Assembly: GCF_037042905.1 (NCBI RefSeq)
Contig: NC_087251.1
Coordinates: 49,291,358-49,355,357 of the forward strand
DNA from: Lytechinus pictus
Lineage: Eukaryota
Direction of reading: 5' to 3'
DNA: 64,000 nt
In this document: piece by piece, positions 40,058-53,410 of the stretch
Numbering within the stretch: the first letter of the stretch is position 1
Layout: every line of letters starts with the position of its first letter
The notes under the pieces: model-generated
What the model saw: only the letters and a program-made list of their open reading frames with translations
Databases searched by the model: none
Told to the model about the DNA's origin: nothing
Program-made: the position numbers and the translations under genes

Positions 40058-43000
40058 TTAGTAAGTGAAGTGTCCTCAATACAGGAAAAAGACGTAAAAA
40101 TGTGAAGCTACTTTGTTGAACGTGGACTGAATGTATACACACCTTCATTCTATACACATGAATACTAATAATATTTAAATGATGGATTACTAATCTTTCA
40201 CAGTGTAATGGTGATGGTGATAAATGAGTGGAAAGCAAGAATGTTTAGAAGAGAGAGTTTCTCCTTTTGAAAGGTTTTAATTGAGAAGGTAGAGCATCAA
40301 TATATCAAGATGTGATTAAATTGGTATCATCAATGAAATTCTACTTTCATAACTTGGCATCCCCTGCAGAATATATAGTCTTTTTCTTTTGAGATTGTAC
40401 ATAATAATGTCAACTTTCAAACATCATGGTCTTTTGTTATGCTCAACTATTGTACGTTTAAGTACTGTTATTGCTCTTCCAAATTTATTTAAACATACAT
40501 ACAATAATTCATTAATTTATTCGGAATTGATTTTATATAATGAATAGCAATTGGTAGTAATCTGAATAGAATTTTTGTCCAACCTGCCAAAGGGTATTCC
40601 GAATGATTGGCAAATAATCGATCTACAGAGAATACAATGTCTATTAAATTTCCTGATCTAAACTAAAATGAAATGTGCCCCTAAGCTGTGTTAATGACAT
40701 CAATTCGATTCTGACATGGATTCAACCATAATACTGCTTAGATAAAGATATCTTTATCTTAATCTTACCCCCCTCCCCCCCAAAAAAAAAAACTTGAAGG
40801 GAACATAGAATGGCCCATTTTATTAATTCACTGTTTCTTTAATAATTAGTAATACATTATTATTCAACAATAATGCGGCCTGGAAGTGAAAGGTGCACCC
40901 CCTTTATAAATCTGAAGAATGACTTCACAAGGTCAGATAAAAGTATATCTTAGATATATAGTATAGCTTCCTTTTTATTACTTCATATGAAATCTGCTAT
41001 GTATCACTTTAATGTTTATTATCAGAAATTTCCAACAAAGCAAAAGGAAAACAAATATTGAGTCCAGAATCCTATTTTCACTTAATCTCTTGTAGCAAAG
41101 CAATCATTTACATTGATATTTTAACCCTGTCATGGCTTTTGGCGCAAAACGACTGCTGTCTGTGACAACAATTATCATCTTGCGTGAAACATGGAGCTTA
41201 TTGCATTGGCAGCACTAGCAAGAAAATATGATTGCAGATGGCCGGCTAGTAACAGGATTTTAGAAGTCCCTCAAGGATTAATTGCAATTTAAGAGATTCC
41301 CCCCCCATATTCAAATTCGATTTTAATGTCTCTTAGAAGCAATAAGGGTAGAATTAATTGGGCCATTCCCTTGCCATTATTTTTTTTCCTAAGCGTTTAG
41401 TCTGTTAAAGGCGTGGATTGCGGGAAGCTTATAGGCACTGTTTACACTTTACACAAGATGAATGCAAAAGGGTTGATGGTGATAAGATATAAAAATGTGC
41501 GCTTATTCTGAGGATATCAAATGAACTTAGCTGATTATGAGGTGTTTTCCTCAAAGTGATATGAGTTGAAATCTACAATATTGAACTGAATATTATAGTA
41601 AATAGATGCAGAAATATTGGGATTTTTATTACTTGTCTGTTTTAGAAATTCAATTTATTTCAATCATTAAATAATGGAAACATAAACAATACAAACAATA
41701 CATCAACCCTTTAAAATCAAGTCTTGTACTGAGAGAGTGGCCAAGAACTTATTTGAATATTATGAAAAAATGGTCTGTTGTATTCAAGCTTATGAATTAA
41801 GTTTTAAAAAGTAAGTATTGTTATCTCCAGCTATTGGAAGTAAACTGTGATAGACCATACATTGCTTGGAACTACATAAGCTAGAAAATGCTTAGCTTGA
41901 CAATCTATCACCGATTATCTTCTAGGTGCTCTGTCTCACAGTGTCTTGTGAAAACGGGGTTGTGCTATAAAAAGCCTCTTAGGGGTACAAGGGACGAGTA
42001 ATCAGGTTTTCTTCTGTGAAAGCTTTTAATAATCTAAAGTAGTCTTTGATAATTCAATGTATCGAGGCTGTGAAATGTGTGTACTCTGATGTGCAGTTGA
42101 TATATGCTCCAGTACATAACCTTATGAATAATTAAAGTCACGCGGAAGACGCTGCTACAGGCTGATAATTTCTTACAGCCAAGTCATCAAGATTTGTAGA
42201 TATGCTTTTGAAATCAATAAATGAAAAGGAAATTTATATGATAATTTCATGGTGTCTATGATACCCTTTCTAGATGACATGAGTGAGGCATTTTACTTGT
42301 ATTTATACCAAATTCTTCATTATAGTCCATTGAAACATGAGTGAAAACCCTATAAAACATTATTTAGCTTAAATTGAATCTCTAAACTAGAAAAAAAAAT
42401 TGTTATGAAGAAACCCTAATAAAAATATGTTCTAATTTCACAAATAGTCCTTCATTTGAGATTATGTAGTGTGTGAAAATTTATATATCATACTATGTAG
42501 ATTTAGTTTGTATTGAGATAGTCATAGGATTTTTTTTCTACAACTTCATTTTATTAACAAACACTTATGGACAGCATTTTCCTTTGGTTACGGATTTGAC
42601 TTCTTTTATTACTCTAAGTTATGCTTATCTAAAGTAGATTGTAAAGTGTTTCTTCTTTAATCAAGACAATCAGAAATATCGTAAGATTTGAATTTCAGCA
42701 GAATTATTGATGTATGAATTAATGATAGTTGTATTATGTTTTGTAATACTACAAGTAGATATTTACAGCTATTTTTTTAAAAGACACCTTTAACATTCCA
42801 AAGAAAAATTGTATATGTGGGTGAATAAAAAAAAAGATAAGTACTGGTTATACACTTTTTCTTACAAACCTGTAAAATAAACCCTATGCTTTAAAGATTT
42901 TGCTTGCTGTCCAAATCTACAACAAACAAAATTATTAGTGTATTTTGTTAAAAATTATTTTCATGTATAAGCATGGAGGGCAGTTAATCTGCTTGCAAAT

Positions 43001-45398
43001 AAGTGACATGCAAGAGTCCAAGGCAGTATCATTTTAAAGACTTTAAGATGATCCTCGGTGAGGCCTGAAAGCCATAAGTCCTTTGGTTTTGTACTTGACT
43101 TTACAGTTGTTCTTTACTGCAAGATGAACCATGTACCACATTTATCAAGCTTGCATTTGAGTGTAACATTATACCACATATAGAGGGCAGCATTGTTGTT
43201 TCTTTGATCCATGACTGCTCTCTAAAAAATGTTCTTTTCAGATCTATTGATGTACAAATAGAGTAATGAAATATCTGGATTTAGAAATTGGGACCTCAAA
43301 TATATGGTTTTGTGGATATGATGATGGAAGCGAGCTTTATTATCAGAGATGGGTGATGGGATTGGAATATTAGGGTACCATATTATCATGATATTAATGA
43401 ATCATGAGTTTGGGATTTTCCCTTTCTGGTCAATGCATCTCAGGAGAACCATTGTTGTATATATATGAATTATAAAAAAAATGAGCAAACGTCAATGTTC
43501 TGAAGGCATGAAAATAACAGATCTGTAAAGTTTATACCCTTAAGACTGCTGAATGATGAATTCCTTTTTTCAACAAAAATAGACAGCATTTCTTCGTATA
43601 CAAAATTATGTAATTTAATTGCATGTTTTGAATTTGTCTTTCAATACTTGGAAAATAAAATGCTACTACTTTGATACTGTATTCCAGTGGTGTAAAGAGC
43701 AACAAATTTTAAGGGGGCTAGATTTGGCCTATCGTGTAAATTTCATTTTAAAAATTGTGATAAAGCCAAGCAACCAAGCAAAGAATTTCCAAATTTTTAT
43801 TACAAGTCTGTGATAGACTTTGACATATTCAGAAAATTATATCACATTTCACCCTTTCTTTTTTCCTTAATTGTGAAAATTTATTTATTTATTCATTCAT
43901 TCATTCATTCATTTATTTATTATTATTTTTTTGGGGGATGATGTGCCCCCAGCCCCCCCCCCCCCACATCTGTATGCAAGTGCTGTATTCTGTTAACACT
44001 ACATAGATACAGGCACAAGAAGCGATGGAGATGGATTTAAGTCATGTTTGGTCTGTAGAATTCTTCTTATCCTCTTAATACAATGTTGGAAAAATCCCAG
44101 AATGAAAAGAAACCTAATTTGTTTTTAAAAATATACATGTTGCCATAATAGTCTTGAGATGAGTTTAATAAAGGGCAATTATTTATGGTATTAAGATTAG
44201 GTTATACATGCATCTATATTGATATTTATTCATGGGAGAAATCATCAAAAGCGGAGAACCATCATGTTGACCCCCCCCCCCCGCCCCTCAATACATTGAC
44301 ATTTTTTCTTTTCTTTAGATGTTACAACATAGAGCCAGAGGTGGCGTTGGTTCATTGTCAATGCTTTCATCCCCTGTACAAGCTTATACTCATCCTGTAA
44401 GGTTTCTTATCCTATTTTGCTGTTGCCAGTTTTTCATCCATTATTATTTTCTTGATTATCAACTGGTATTATTCCTTAAAGCAGCTCAAGAAAATAGATT
44501 TAGACCTTCAGTTGGAAAAGTTTGATAAAACTATACTATGAAATCTTTAAGAACTATTTCATGGTGATTCATTTACTCATTCTGTAAATTCTCCCTGCCC
44601 TTAATTATACAGGACATTCATATCCAAATGACTAACAAAATATGAACTCTTCTGTGATTTTTTACTCTAAATCCTTTTGTGTACATTTTTTGGCCATTTA
44701 CCTACTGTCTGCTTTTTCCCCTGTTTGCATGACTCGACTCCCTGTCATTAATATCCTGCCAAACGACTTCATTATCAAGAGATTCTTTCTTTCCAATCCA
44801 ACCCCAAAAAGGGAACACTCCCAAATTTAGAAAAATGAAACACACTTCCCTTATTACCCCTGCCTCTTATCTTAACCATTCCACTCAACTTTCCTGAACA
44901 ACATTCATGATTTTAGGAAAAAGAAATAATAAAATCAGAGTGAGAGGGAGTTATTCACATTCCATGCACATGGATGATATTAAGGATATTTCCGCTTGTA
45001 GCCAGCGCAAGTGAGGGCAGACGGTTTGTCGCTTTACATCAGGGGAAAGGAAAAATGGAAAAGTTAAGGATGTGTGACACATAGACATAAAGTTTTCAAA
45101 ACGATGTTATTTATTCCATTTCCACCCCTTTCTTTCGTGAGAGACCCAGAAGTATCAGGACTCACCCCTAGACTCGATAAATAGTTTCCGTTATTGTTAC
45201 AGAGGCAAGAAAGCTTGTTGTGATACAGGCTCTCGTATCCTATTGATCTCTGCTCTGATTTATGGATTGATGTGATTGGTTGGAAGTTTAGAATAGTTTC
45301 TTTCTGTGGAGGGGAGTGGGAGGCAGAGCTTGCAATCAGAGAGTGCGCGTAATGTGTGCTCCTGCCTTTGGTAGGAAGGATTACTTTTTCATCAAGAT

Positions 45399-45610
45399 GT
45401 CATGGTGTAGTGGTTCTTAATATGATCTTGAAATCAGAGGCTTGTGGATTCAAATTCTACTTAAGGCTTTAATTTCCTTGAGCAAGATATTTCCCCATAT
45501 TGTACTCCATTAACACAATTGAGGTAAATGGGTCCCTGGCAGGAATTTATTCCTTGAAACACAGAGTGATTTAGATACTTAGGTGCTAAGCACTAAATAA
45601 GCAAGTATAA
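45399..45610 (+). mobile_element. Old diverged tRNA-SINE copy
   Basis: gtcatggtgtagtggttct...ggattcaaattc (A/B box remnants) and tgaggtaaatgggtccctggcagga central domain. Confidence 0.65.
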
Positions 45611-48600
45611 TTGAATTTGGAAATGTTCATTTGAAGCATACTGATTTAAAATTATTTTCAGTAAGATTTTTTTATATAATTTTGCAGGTATGTTTCTGAC
45701 AGAATTCTACCAATTTGGTCAGCATATTTGAAAGAAGGACACTTATAATTTTTTTTGGCCTTTTTTTGGAACTATTTCAATCTTGTGGGATTAATAAGAT
45801 GCTGCTTTCAACCAACATATAGGTAAAAGTTATTCTGTTATAGAAACATGTATTAAAACAAAACAAAAGGAATTGGAACATGTTTTTCAAAGTACAAGAT
45901 TTACATTTTTCATTTTTTCATAGCTGCCATAAGATATGCTGATAAATAAAACACCTCAGCAACGAATTATGAGGCTGTTATATAATTTGTCTCCCTCTTA
46001 ACGTGAAAGGCACGCGGACATGTGTGTTTTTGAGAGTTTCGTCCTTACACACGTCACTCCGTGCAAGGGATCCGATGACATTTATGCACCTCGAAACCTA
46101 TTGGGCATTTTGCCAGGTGCCGGAAGGCCACAAAAAAAGTCTGCCAAACCCGAGCTAGTTAAATAAATTTCATCATTACTCGGTGCAGAAAGCCAGAAAA
46201 CCACCCATAAATTGAGTTATGAAAAACTAATTAGCACGAAAAGTGCAGATAACACTATATAGTTTAGTGTTACCGGAAGATGGTCTCCTGGAATCTAATT
46301 TAGAGCAGCCCCTTTCCCGGGCAGATAGAAAATTTGGGAAGTTGGGCGATTAAAACATCATCAAGATAGAAAAATGAGAGGAGAGGAAGGGAGATTTAGT
46401 GTTTTTGCTAGATTCTGATAAAGAGGCAGAAAATATAGGATGATGCATGATGGATAGAGACGTTCACTTCAAACTTAGCTATCAAAAATTTCCATAAATT
46501 TGGATGTAGACTTTTCAGAAAGAGCCGTGGATTCAATTCATATTTCCTTTTCTCAGGGTTGTATGGATCAGAGGCCTGTTCAGTGTATGTTATTCCATTG
46601 GATTCTGAAATATTTCCTCAAACTAAGCTTCTCTTTTTAAGTTTTGGTAAATCCTCCCACCCCCCTAAAAAAGTGTTCTGTCACTATTCCAGTTCATCGT
46701 TAATTTATATGAATGTGTACATGTCCCAAACTTTCATGTGTGCATGGTATGAAAGAAAATATGTTCCAGAGGTTGCATTTTGTGGTTTTACCCAATTTAT
46801 TTGTATCATTATCCTGACCATATTTTCTCTTTTCTTTTTCATGTAGACCATTCCATTCAAGCATAGAATATACTGGAGATGTCAGGATATAATCTTTTTG
46901 CTGATATACAGTCACTAAATTTATAAGGTTGCAGTCAAAGCAAGACAGGCTTTTAAAATTCTTACCTATGTAGCTATTTACCAATTACAACACATGTAAA
47001 ATTAATCAACAATATAAAATAGTAATATACAGTATTCATAAGGGGTCCTTTTTTTTTGGGGGGGGGTGGGGGTATTGTTCATACATGCTTTGTATCATGT
47101 ACCACGACCTATCCTCTGTGAAGTCGTTTGAAAGTCAACCAGTGATTACTCATGTAGAGTGAAGAGATTATTCCAATTCTTTGCATCTGTCTTTCTAGGA
47201 ATGTAATTGATAGTCAATCTAGAAATAAAGATCGCAATAGAATTAGAATATTTAAATTCAAAGACCTCTTTTAAAAAGCTATATTTTCTACAGGGCTATT
47301 TTGTTTATGATGTAGATTAAAACAACATACCTCTCCACTTGGCTCTACTAATTGTTATCGCAATATATTGAAGATAAACACTTCACAGCTATTTTGTAAT
47401 CATCAATATGATCCAATTTGCTTGTTTTGCAAGAAAATTATTTCCCCTGAATATTATAAAAATTGACTCCCTTTAAAGTGTATTAGAGAAAGCTTAGCTT
47501 CACTTCACATCTGAACTTCAGGATGAATTAATTAAAGATGACTTATTGATGAGCTCTTGCAATCTAATTGCTGTATCAGACTAATGTCTTAAACACATGT
47601 CTCCCCCATCACCGCAAAATATGATGCATTTCTTTCCATTTGCACTCCTACTTCATCGTACAACTGCTGCGAGAAAGGAAAAAAAAGTTAATATATACTT
47701 CCAAATTATGAGATGAGATGTGGAGTATGTGACCATGCATAGTGTGTGGAGAATTAATTATTTTTTCTTTCATATTTTTTGTAAGACAGTATTCTATAAC
47801 TTTCTTAATATACTGTACATTGTAGGTTGGTCAACTAATTCCACAGTGTTTTACAGTAGAAATCAAATATCCATATTTTTTTTTCTCTTCTTTTGAATAA
47901 GACTTTTTATGGGGGGGGGGGGTGGGGGCAACTTTGGGCTTCTTTTTCTTCATAGTATATCAATTAATTATTGCTTTTTCCATCATCAATTGATATGAAA
48001 TTTTGAGATAAAGCGAAGTATAGAAGAATAGTAATACTATTGTGTTATTATTTAGTGGTAATTATGGTGTCTTATAAAAGATTTTCACCAATCTTTGTTC
48101 ATTAAAAATCAATGGGGTATTATAATTTGTGACTAATGTAAGATTAATTATATGCTGATAAAATAATCAAATCTACAGTTTTCCATTTAATCATATTGTT
48201 TTCTCATGCATTTTATCATCCAGTGATAATCTGGCATTTTCACAAGTTGTATTGTTCTTATTTAGAAAACATTAGTGACACATTATGGAGTCACCTGGTG
48301 TATCAAAATGATGCATCTGATCCAATCATTCCTCATCAGTTTCTTGGAGCAGGCAGGGAAGGGGTGCTTAGACTTGTTAATCCACCCCCTATTAATCCCC
48401 ATCTTCCATTATGTAATCTTTTGTCTGTGATAAAGCTTTATCCATATTGAATTGTCTCATATACTGATGATAGGTATATTAAAAGGATTATTGTCTTACA
48501 TGGATGGTAATGACTGGAATTTTGCTTTTCATTGATGCCTTATTGACACATTATATTCATACATCCAATATCGATGATGAGTAAAGCTATGCATTATTGG

Positions 48601-48621
48601 GTCTCATTGTTATTGCATTAA

Positions 48622-48965
48622 AGGTATTGTTTAACTTTGTGAGCAGCCAATTAAAAAAATTCTCAAACCAAGATGAAACATGTGTACAAGTGCATGTATT
48701 ATAACTAATAAACCCTGAAAACAACCATTATTGAGAATGAAAAGCTAAAACTACAAGGCAAACCCCGATTTTGTAAATAGGCGTCTTATAGACGCCTAAA
48801 TAGTACACATAAGTGTATGGGATTAAATTTTTGAAGCACTAAATAATTATTTTCGAACGCAATTTTTTCTGGGCTTCATTTTTGTAACATTTCACAGACA
48901 CAGGTGACAAGTGTGACCTTCTAGCTCAGATTTTTTTTAAGTCAAACCAATGTTAACCAATCACT
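48622..48965. mobile_element. TTAA-target MITE (Kolobok-like)
   Basis: ttaa|aggtattgtttaac ... gttaaccaatcact|ttaa. Confidence 0.65.
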
Positions 48966-49099
48966 TTAACTTTATACTTGGTTGATGATATTCTGTGGCA
49001 GAACATTTCAATAATTAATAATTCAATTACACATGAATATTAATCATGAACCTAAACCACCATCAATTTAAGACTGAATTGGGGCTATTGATGGAGAAA

Positions 49100-49620
49100 T
49101 ATAGGTCTCTTTAAATCCAACTTAACGGTGCAAATTTGCATACCTTTCATCTGATCATCCGTGATCCAATAAGTCCTTCCTTCAAATAGCAGTAACATGG
49201 ACTGTCTATGCTCCTCAGTCCTCACATTATTTCACAAGTGATATAATTCCTCTTGAAATTATTTTGCCTTTTATGAATTAGAACTTGGAAGGTTCTTATT
49301 TCAATATCAATGCAATGTCAGGATCTTTTTCAAGACATAACCTCTCAATTCATTCACTTGTTACAAATAAGAACTTACAAGATTCTGTTAAGTCAATGCC
49401 AATGCTATATCAGGTTCTCTCTCTTCAAGACAGGCAGCATCCTTCCTGTTTGACTAGCTATTAACATGTAGGGGAAGCCCGATTCTTCCAAACAAATCAA
49501 ATTTATCGTGTTTCAGGAATAGATTCCTGTGGACCATTGACTGGAGAAATAGGCCTCTGTTCAGACTCCTTCCCAGGGTCCTTCAACATGAAGCTTATTC
49601 CCAAGTCACTATTCCTCTGT
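49100..49620 (-). mobile_element. Possible highly decayed LINE reverse-transcriptase remnant
   Basis: Minus strand reads GISFMLKDPGKESEQRPISPVN, reminiscent of the IPKxGK...YRPISLLN RT motif; later motifs only with frameshifts. Confidence 0.3.
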
Positions 49621-52200
49621 GGTGGCCATATGGCAAGTAAAAAAAAAACATCTGTTTTAACATTTTTTGTACCAGCTACATATAGATGGTTTGAATAAAA
49701 TTGAATAAAATGGCTGTTTTCGACTCGGCGTACGGCTGCCATAGAGCAAATGTGACTGAGGTATTAGCAATTGATCTTTGGGCTGTTATCTGTGATTGAT
49801 TGTATTGATTATTGTGTAATATCAATCGTAAAATACGCTCTACAATCAATAGCTAAGCTTTTTTTAATAGATCACCTTAGTTCTGCATTTTACTCATTGT
49901 TGATTCATTGTTACTTCATTGATGACATGTATATTTTTTTGTAGAATTGAAAATAAACTTGAAACTTGGGTCAGATGAGAATTGTTCACTTTATATGAAT
50001 TCAAATAGGGCCTACATCTCCGGCAATCTATTGTGTGAACACTTCATAAAGATATGCCTTTCACAGGAAAATCCATTTCAACTTTACAAAATAAAAATAC
50101 GCATATATTCCTCATTTACCTGAAAATCAAACTAATATGGGCGAGGGTAGTGATGCCATGGCTACATACTTTTGTAATATCGGTTTTCATATACTGACCA
50201 TCAAAAGTTCTTTTAAAGATGAACTGATTTCATTATGTACGACTATTCTATTGCTTTAAAAGTCTTATTCTTTCGTGAAGTTAAATACAAAACTGTATAA
50301 AAATGTCCCAAATGTGAACAAACTGTTAAGCCTTCAAGCCTGTGATTAGCGTTTTGCCTTGGACCAAAACTACCAGGTACTGAAGAGCGATCTTTCCCCT
50401 GTAACATCAACTGATATCAGAAATGAGATCGAAATGAACAGTAAATGCCAGCTGCGGTATGCCAAAAGGAATGCAATTCTATCGATAACATCCTCTAAAT
50501 TGTCCCGAGATTTGATCAATTTTTAGCATTCTAGTGTTGATCATAAAGGCTTGTAGTAGCTTGAGCAATAACAACCAATCCATCTCGACTCCAATGGGGC
50601 ATATCAGTGGATGTAATTGCTTCTTGTATCCAGGGGAATGATAAGGGTAGGATATAGTGATGACTTTGATTAAATCAAGAATCGTTTTTCATCCAGACTG
50701 TGTCGGGATCTGGTGAGACGCTAGAGGAACAATCAGGAGGATAACGAGGTTTGAACGAGATCGTGTTTGTTCGGTTTCAACCAAATTTTAAGTTCACCGT
50801 TAAACATGGTGACACCCATTTATCAACATTGAAATATTTTTTGATTGAATTCATTGAATGTGATTTCTTGTGATATTTGGATGGAAATTTGAACAAATTG
50901 AACTTTTTATACCAATAAATGTGATTTTATGTGTTTAAAGAATCATTGCTTGTTATCAAAGATGTGAAATGCCTGTACTTTCATGGCTGTGAGGCAGTCA
51001 TGATTGGTAACAGCACAGAGCGTTGTTAGTTTATCCTCGACATGTGTTGTGACAATATGAAGCCAGTCTGTCACTGGGTCTCTCATCGGCCGGGAGAATT
51101 GGTTGCCGTCGCTTTTAAGAGAGGGCGTTTGGGGAGAAGACAATGACAGAACTATATGGGATTACTTAGGGAAACACTAGAATCTGGCTTTGGAAGGAGT
51201 TCTGATGATGGGTGATGATGCTGTCCTACTTCCACATCACCAGGGCTGTGCATTCTGCGCATTTCTTGTGATCTATTCTGTCAACGGCGCTGAGACTGGC
51301 CAATCGTAGTACATGAATAGGATGGTAAGCCACGGACAGGCTTTAGTCCACTTTTATGTCGAAGTAGTGGCATCCAGAGCCATTGACAGGCTTGCCTGTC
51401 CTGGTCTCTCGGGTTCGTCGGAACGATCTCTTGTGTCATCTGTTTATCATAGGGTAGGAGCAAAACAAGGAGCGTCTTAACCAGGGCTTATCTCTCAAGT
51501 TCTTGCCATGCCTGGAAGCGTTCATTTGCACCAAAACATTTGCCACAGAGGAAAATCCCTCAGCTGTTAGCCATCCAGCATGGTATCTCTTGCCGTGCCG
51601 AGCTACGACCCACACGAAACCCTCACCATAGTTTTACAACGGGTTACAAGAAGACAGAGAGGCATGGAGTTGGGGAATAACTCATTGACAAGGGGCTTAG
51701 AGTGGAAGGAATCCCCTCCTTTCAGCCAGGTTGCATGTGTGCCGAGACTCATTGTCTTGACAGCCTTAATTTCCCCACCTGTAGTCCTCGATTCTTATCA
51801 CCTTCATAACCGTCTGCAGTCTTAAAGCGGAGCCTTAATTTGAAATTCAGGCAAAGAAAATATTGTATCTCCAGGTTATCCTAACCCAAATATTGTCTTT
51901 GGTGCTTGATGACATTGTTTGCAGCATCTTTTTGCTTCTTGAGTTCCCCCCCCCCCCTCTGCCACTTTTAACTTTCATGTATTTTAGAGACATGACTCAC
52001 TTGGCTCCTGAAGAGTCAATTCACCCCAACCTTTTGATGTTAAGAAGATATCTCCTACACTTTCCTAATTTCCTAATTAAAGCACACAAAAATTGTCCTG
52101 ATAAAAAGCTGTATATTATAGCCTACAACTTTTAATTAGGACCATTTTTTGGTCTTAAAGAGATGTTGCAGGGATTATAATAAATTAAAAATAATTCTTA

Positions 52201-52411
52201 TTTACCCAGGGTAGCCTCTTTGGCTCTCATGAACTGTTCTCTCAGCGGGCCCTGCATAAAAGAGTGTTATTATAACCTTCTCCATTCTAGTAAGTTGAGT
52301 CCCAGACAAGATGGCATAAGGTCCCACTTTTAAAAATTCTTTGGAATGACTTGGCCTGGGGTTAAACCCTGACCTCCCATTCATGAGACAGCACTCTACC
52401 ACTGAACCACC
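52201..52411 (-). mobile_element. tRNA-derived SINE, second family
   Basis: Minus strand ggtggttcagtggtagagtgctgtctcatgaatgggaggtcagggtttaaccccaggcc (tRNA-like head); ends ...gaggctaccctgggtaaa. Confidence 0.65.
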
Positions 52412-52959
52412 ATGTTGGATTACAAGAGGATTGTTGGGTCACATTAAATTCACAATATTAGCATAACACCATGATAATCCTAACCAATTAATTGCAATAC
52501 TTGATTTGTTTTGAAATGTGGAAAATGTCAACAATTTTATTGATCCTTGGCATCTATGCATTGGCACAAATTTCTTGCCTCTGCGTAATCGATTGATCAA
52601 GATATGTCGATGGTTTATGTCTTCCCTTTGCTCTGCTCTGTTTCTCTCTGCAAGATCCAGGAAACTAGAAATTTTAATGAGTCATAGTAAATATTCCTCA
52701 TACATGTCCTATTTCCATTTTACCACCTTACCGGTGTACCAAGTAATTTAGACCTCGCGGGGTTGGATTTTCGTGTTACGACATTGCTTCTCATTAAAAT
52801 ACCTGTCATCACCCCAATTATTGAGACTTTAAGATGGCCGAGCCGCCTAATCAATACATCTATAGTTTTCCTTGGTAGTCCTTCAGGAGGAGATATGGCT
52901 TCCCGTCCTCTGGCGCTGACCCTGATGGCTTGTTGTCTAGAATATATGCAGGAAAAGAT

Positions 52960-53410
52960 GAAGAGGAAAACAGAGAGGTGGAGAGAGGGGGGGGGGAGGG
53001 GTGGAGGGAAGAGAGATTTAGGAGTATGTGAGGGGATGGGAGAGAAAGTAAAAGTGAGAAATAGAAGAGATAGAGAGAGGGAATGCAAGGGGGGTGGGAG
53101 AAACTTAAAGAGAGAGGATACAGTGGGGGAGGGGTGAAATAGAGGGAAGATGGCAGTGGGTTACAAAGTGAAAGAGTGAATGCGGGGGGGGGGGAGATTA
53201 GGTCCATAAAGACAAGAAAATAAAGGAGTGATTCAAAGAGACAGAGAGAAAAGGGAGACAGAGAGAGAGAGGGGGGATTACTGAATGATAGAGGGGAGAG
53301 AGATAGAGAGATGTATAGCAAAATAATAGGGGGGGGGGCAAAGGGAGAAAGACTGAGAGAAAATGAAAGTAAGGGAAAGTCAGAGAATCAAGGATAGGAA
53401 GATAAAGTTT
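52960..53410. repeat. Long purine-rich (GA) low-complexity tract
   Basis: About 450 nt dominated by A/G with GAGA and poly-G runs; similar CT/GA tracts near 4720-4830, 19925-19990, 26680-26830 and 63130-63250. Confidence 0.8.

Noticed and set aside
50110..50132. Antisense gtttgattttcag|gtaaat ratchet-like motif
   Set aside because: Wrong strand for Meis; kept as evidence of the chance background for such motifs.
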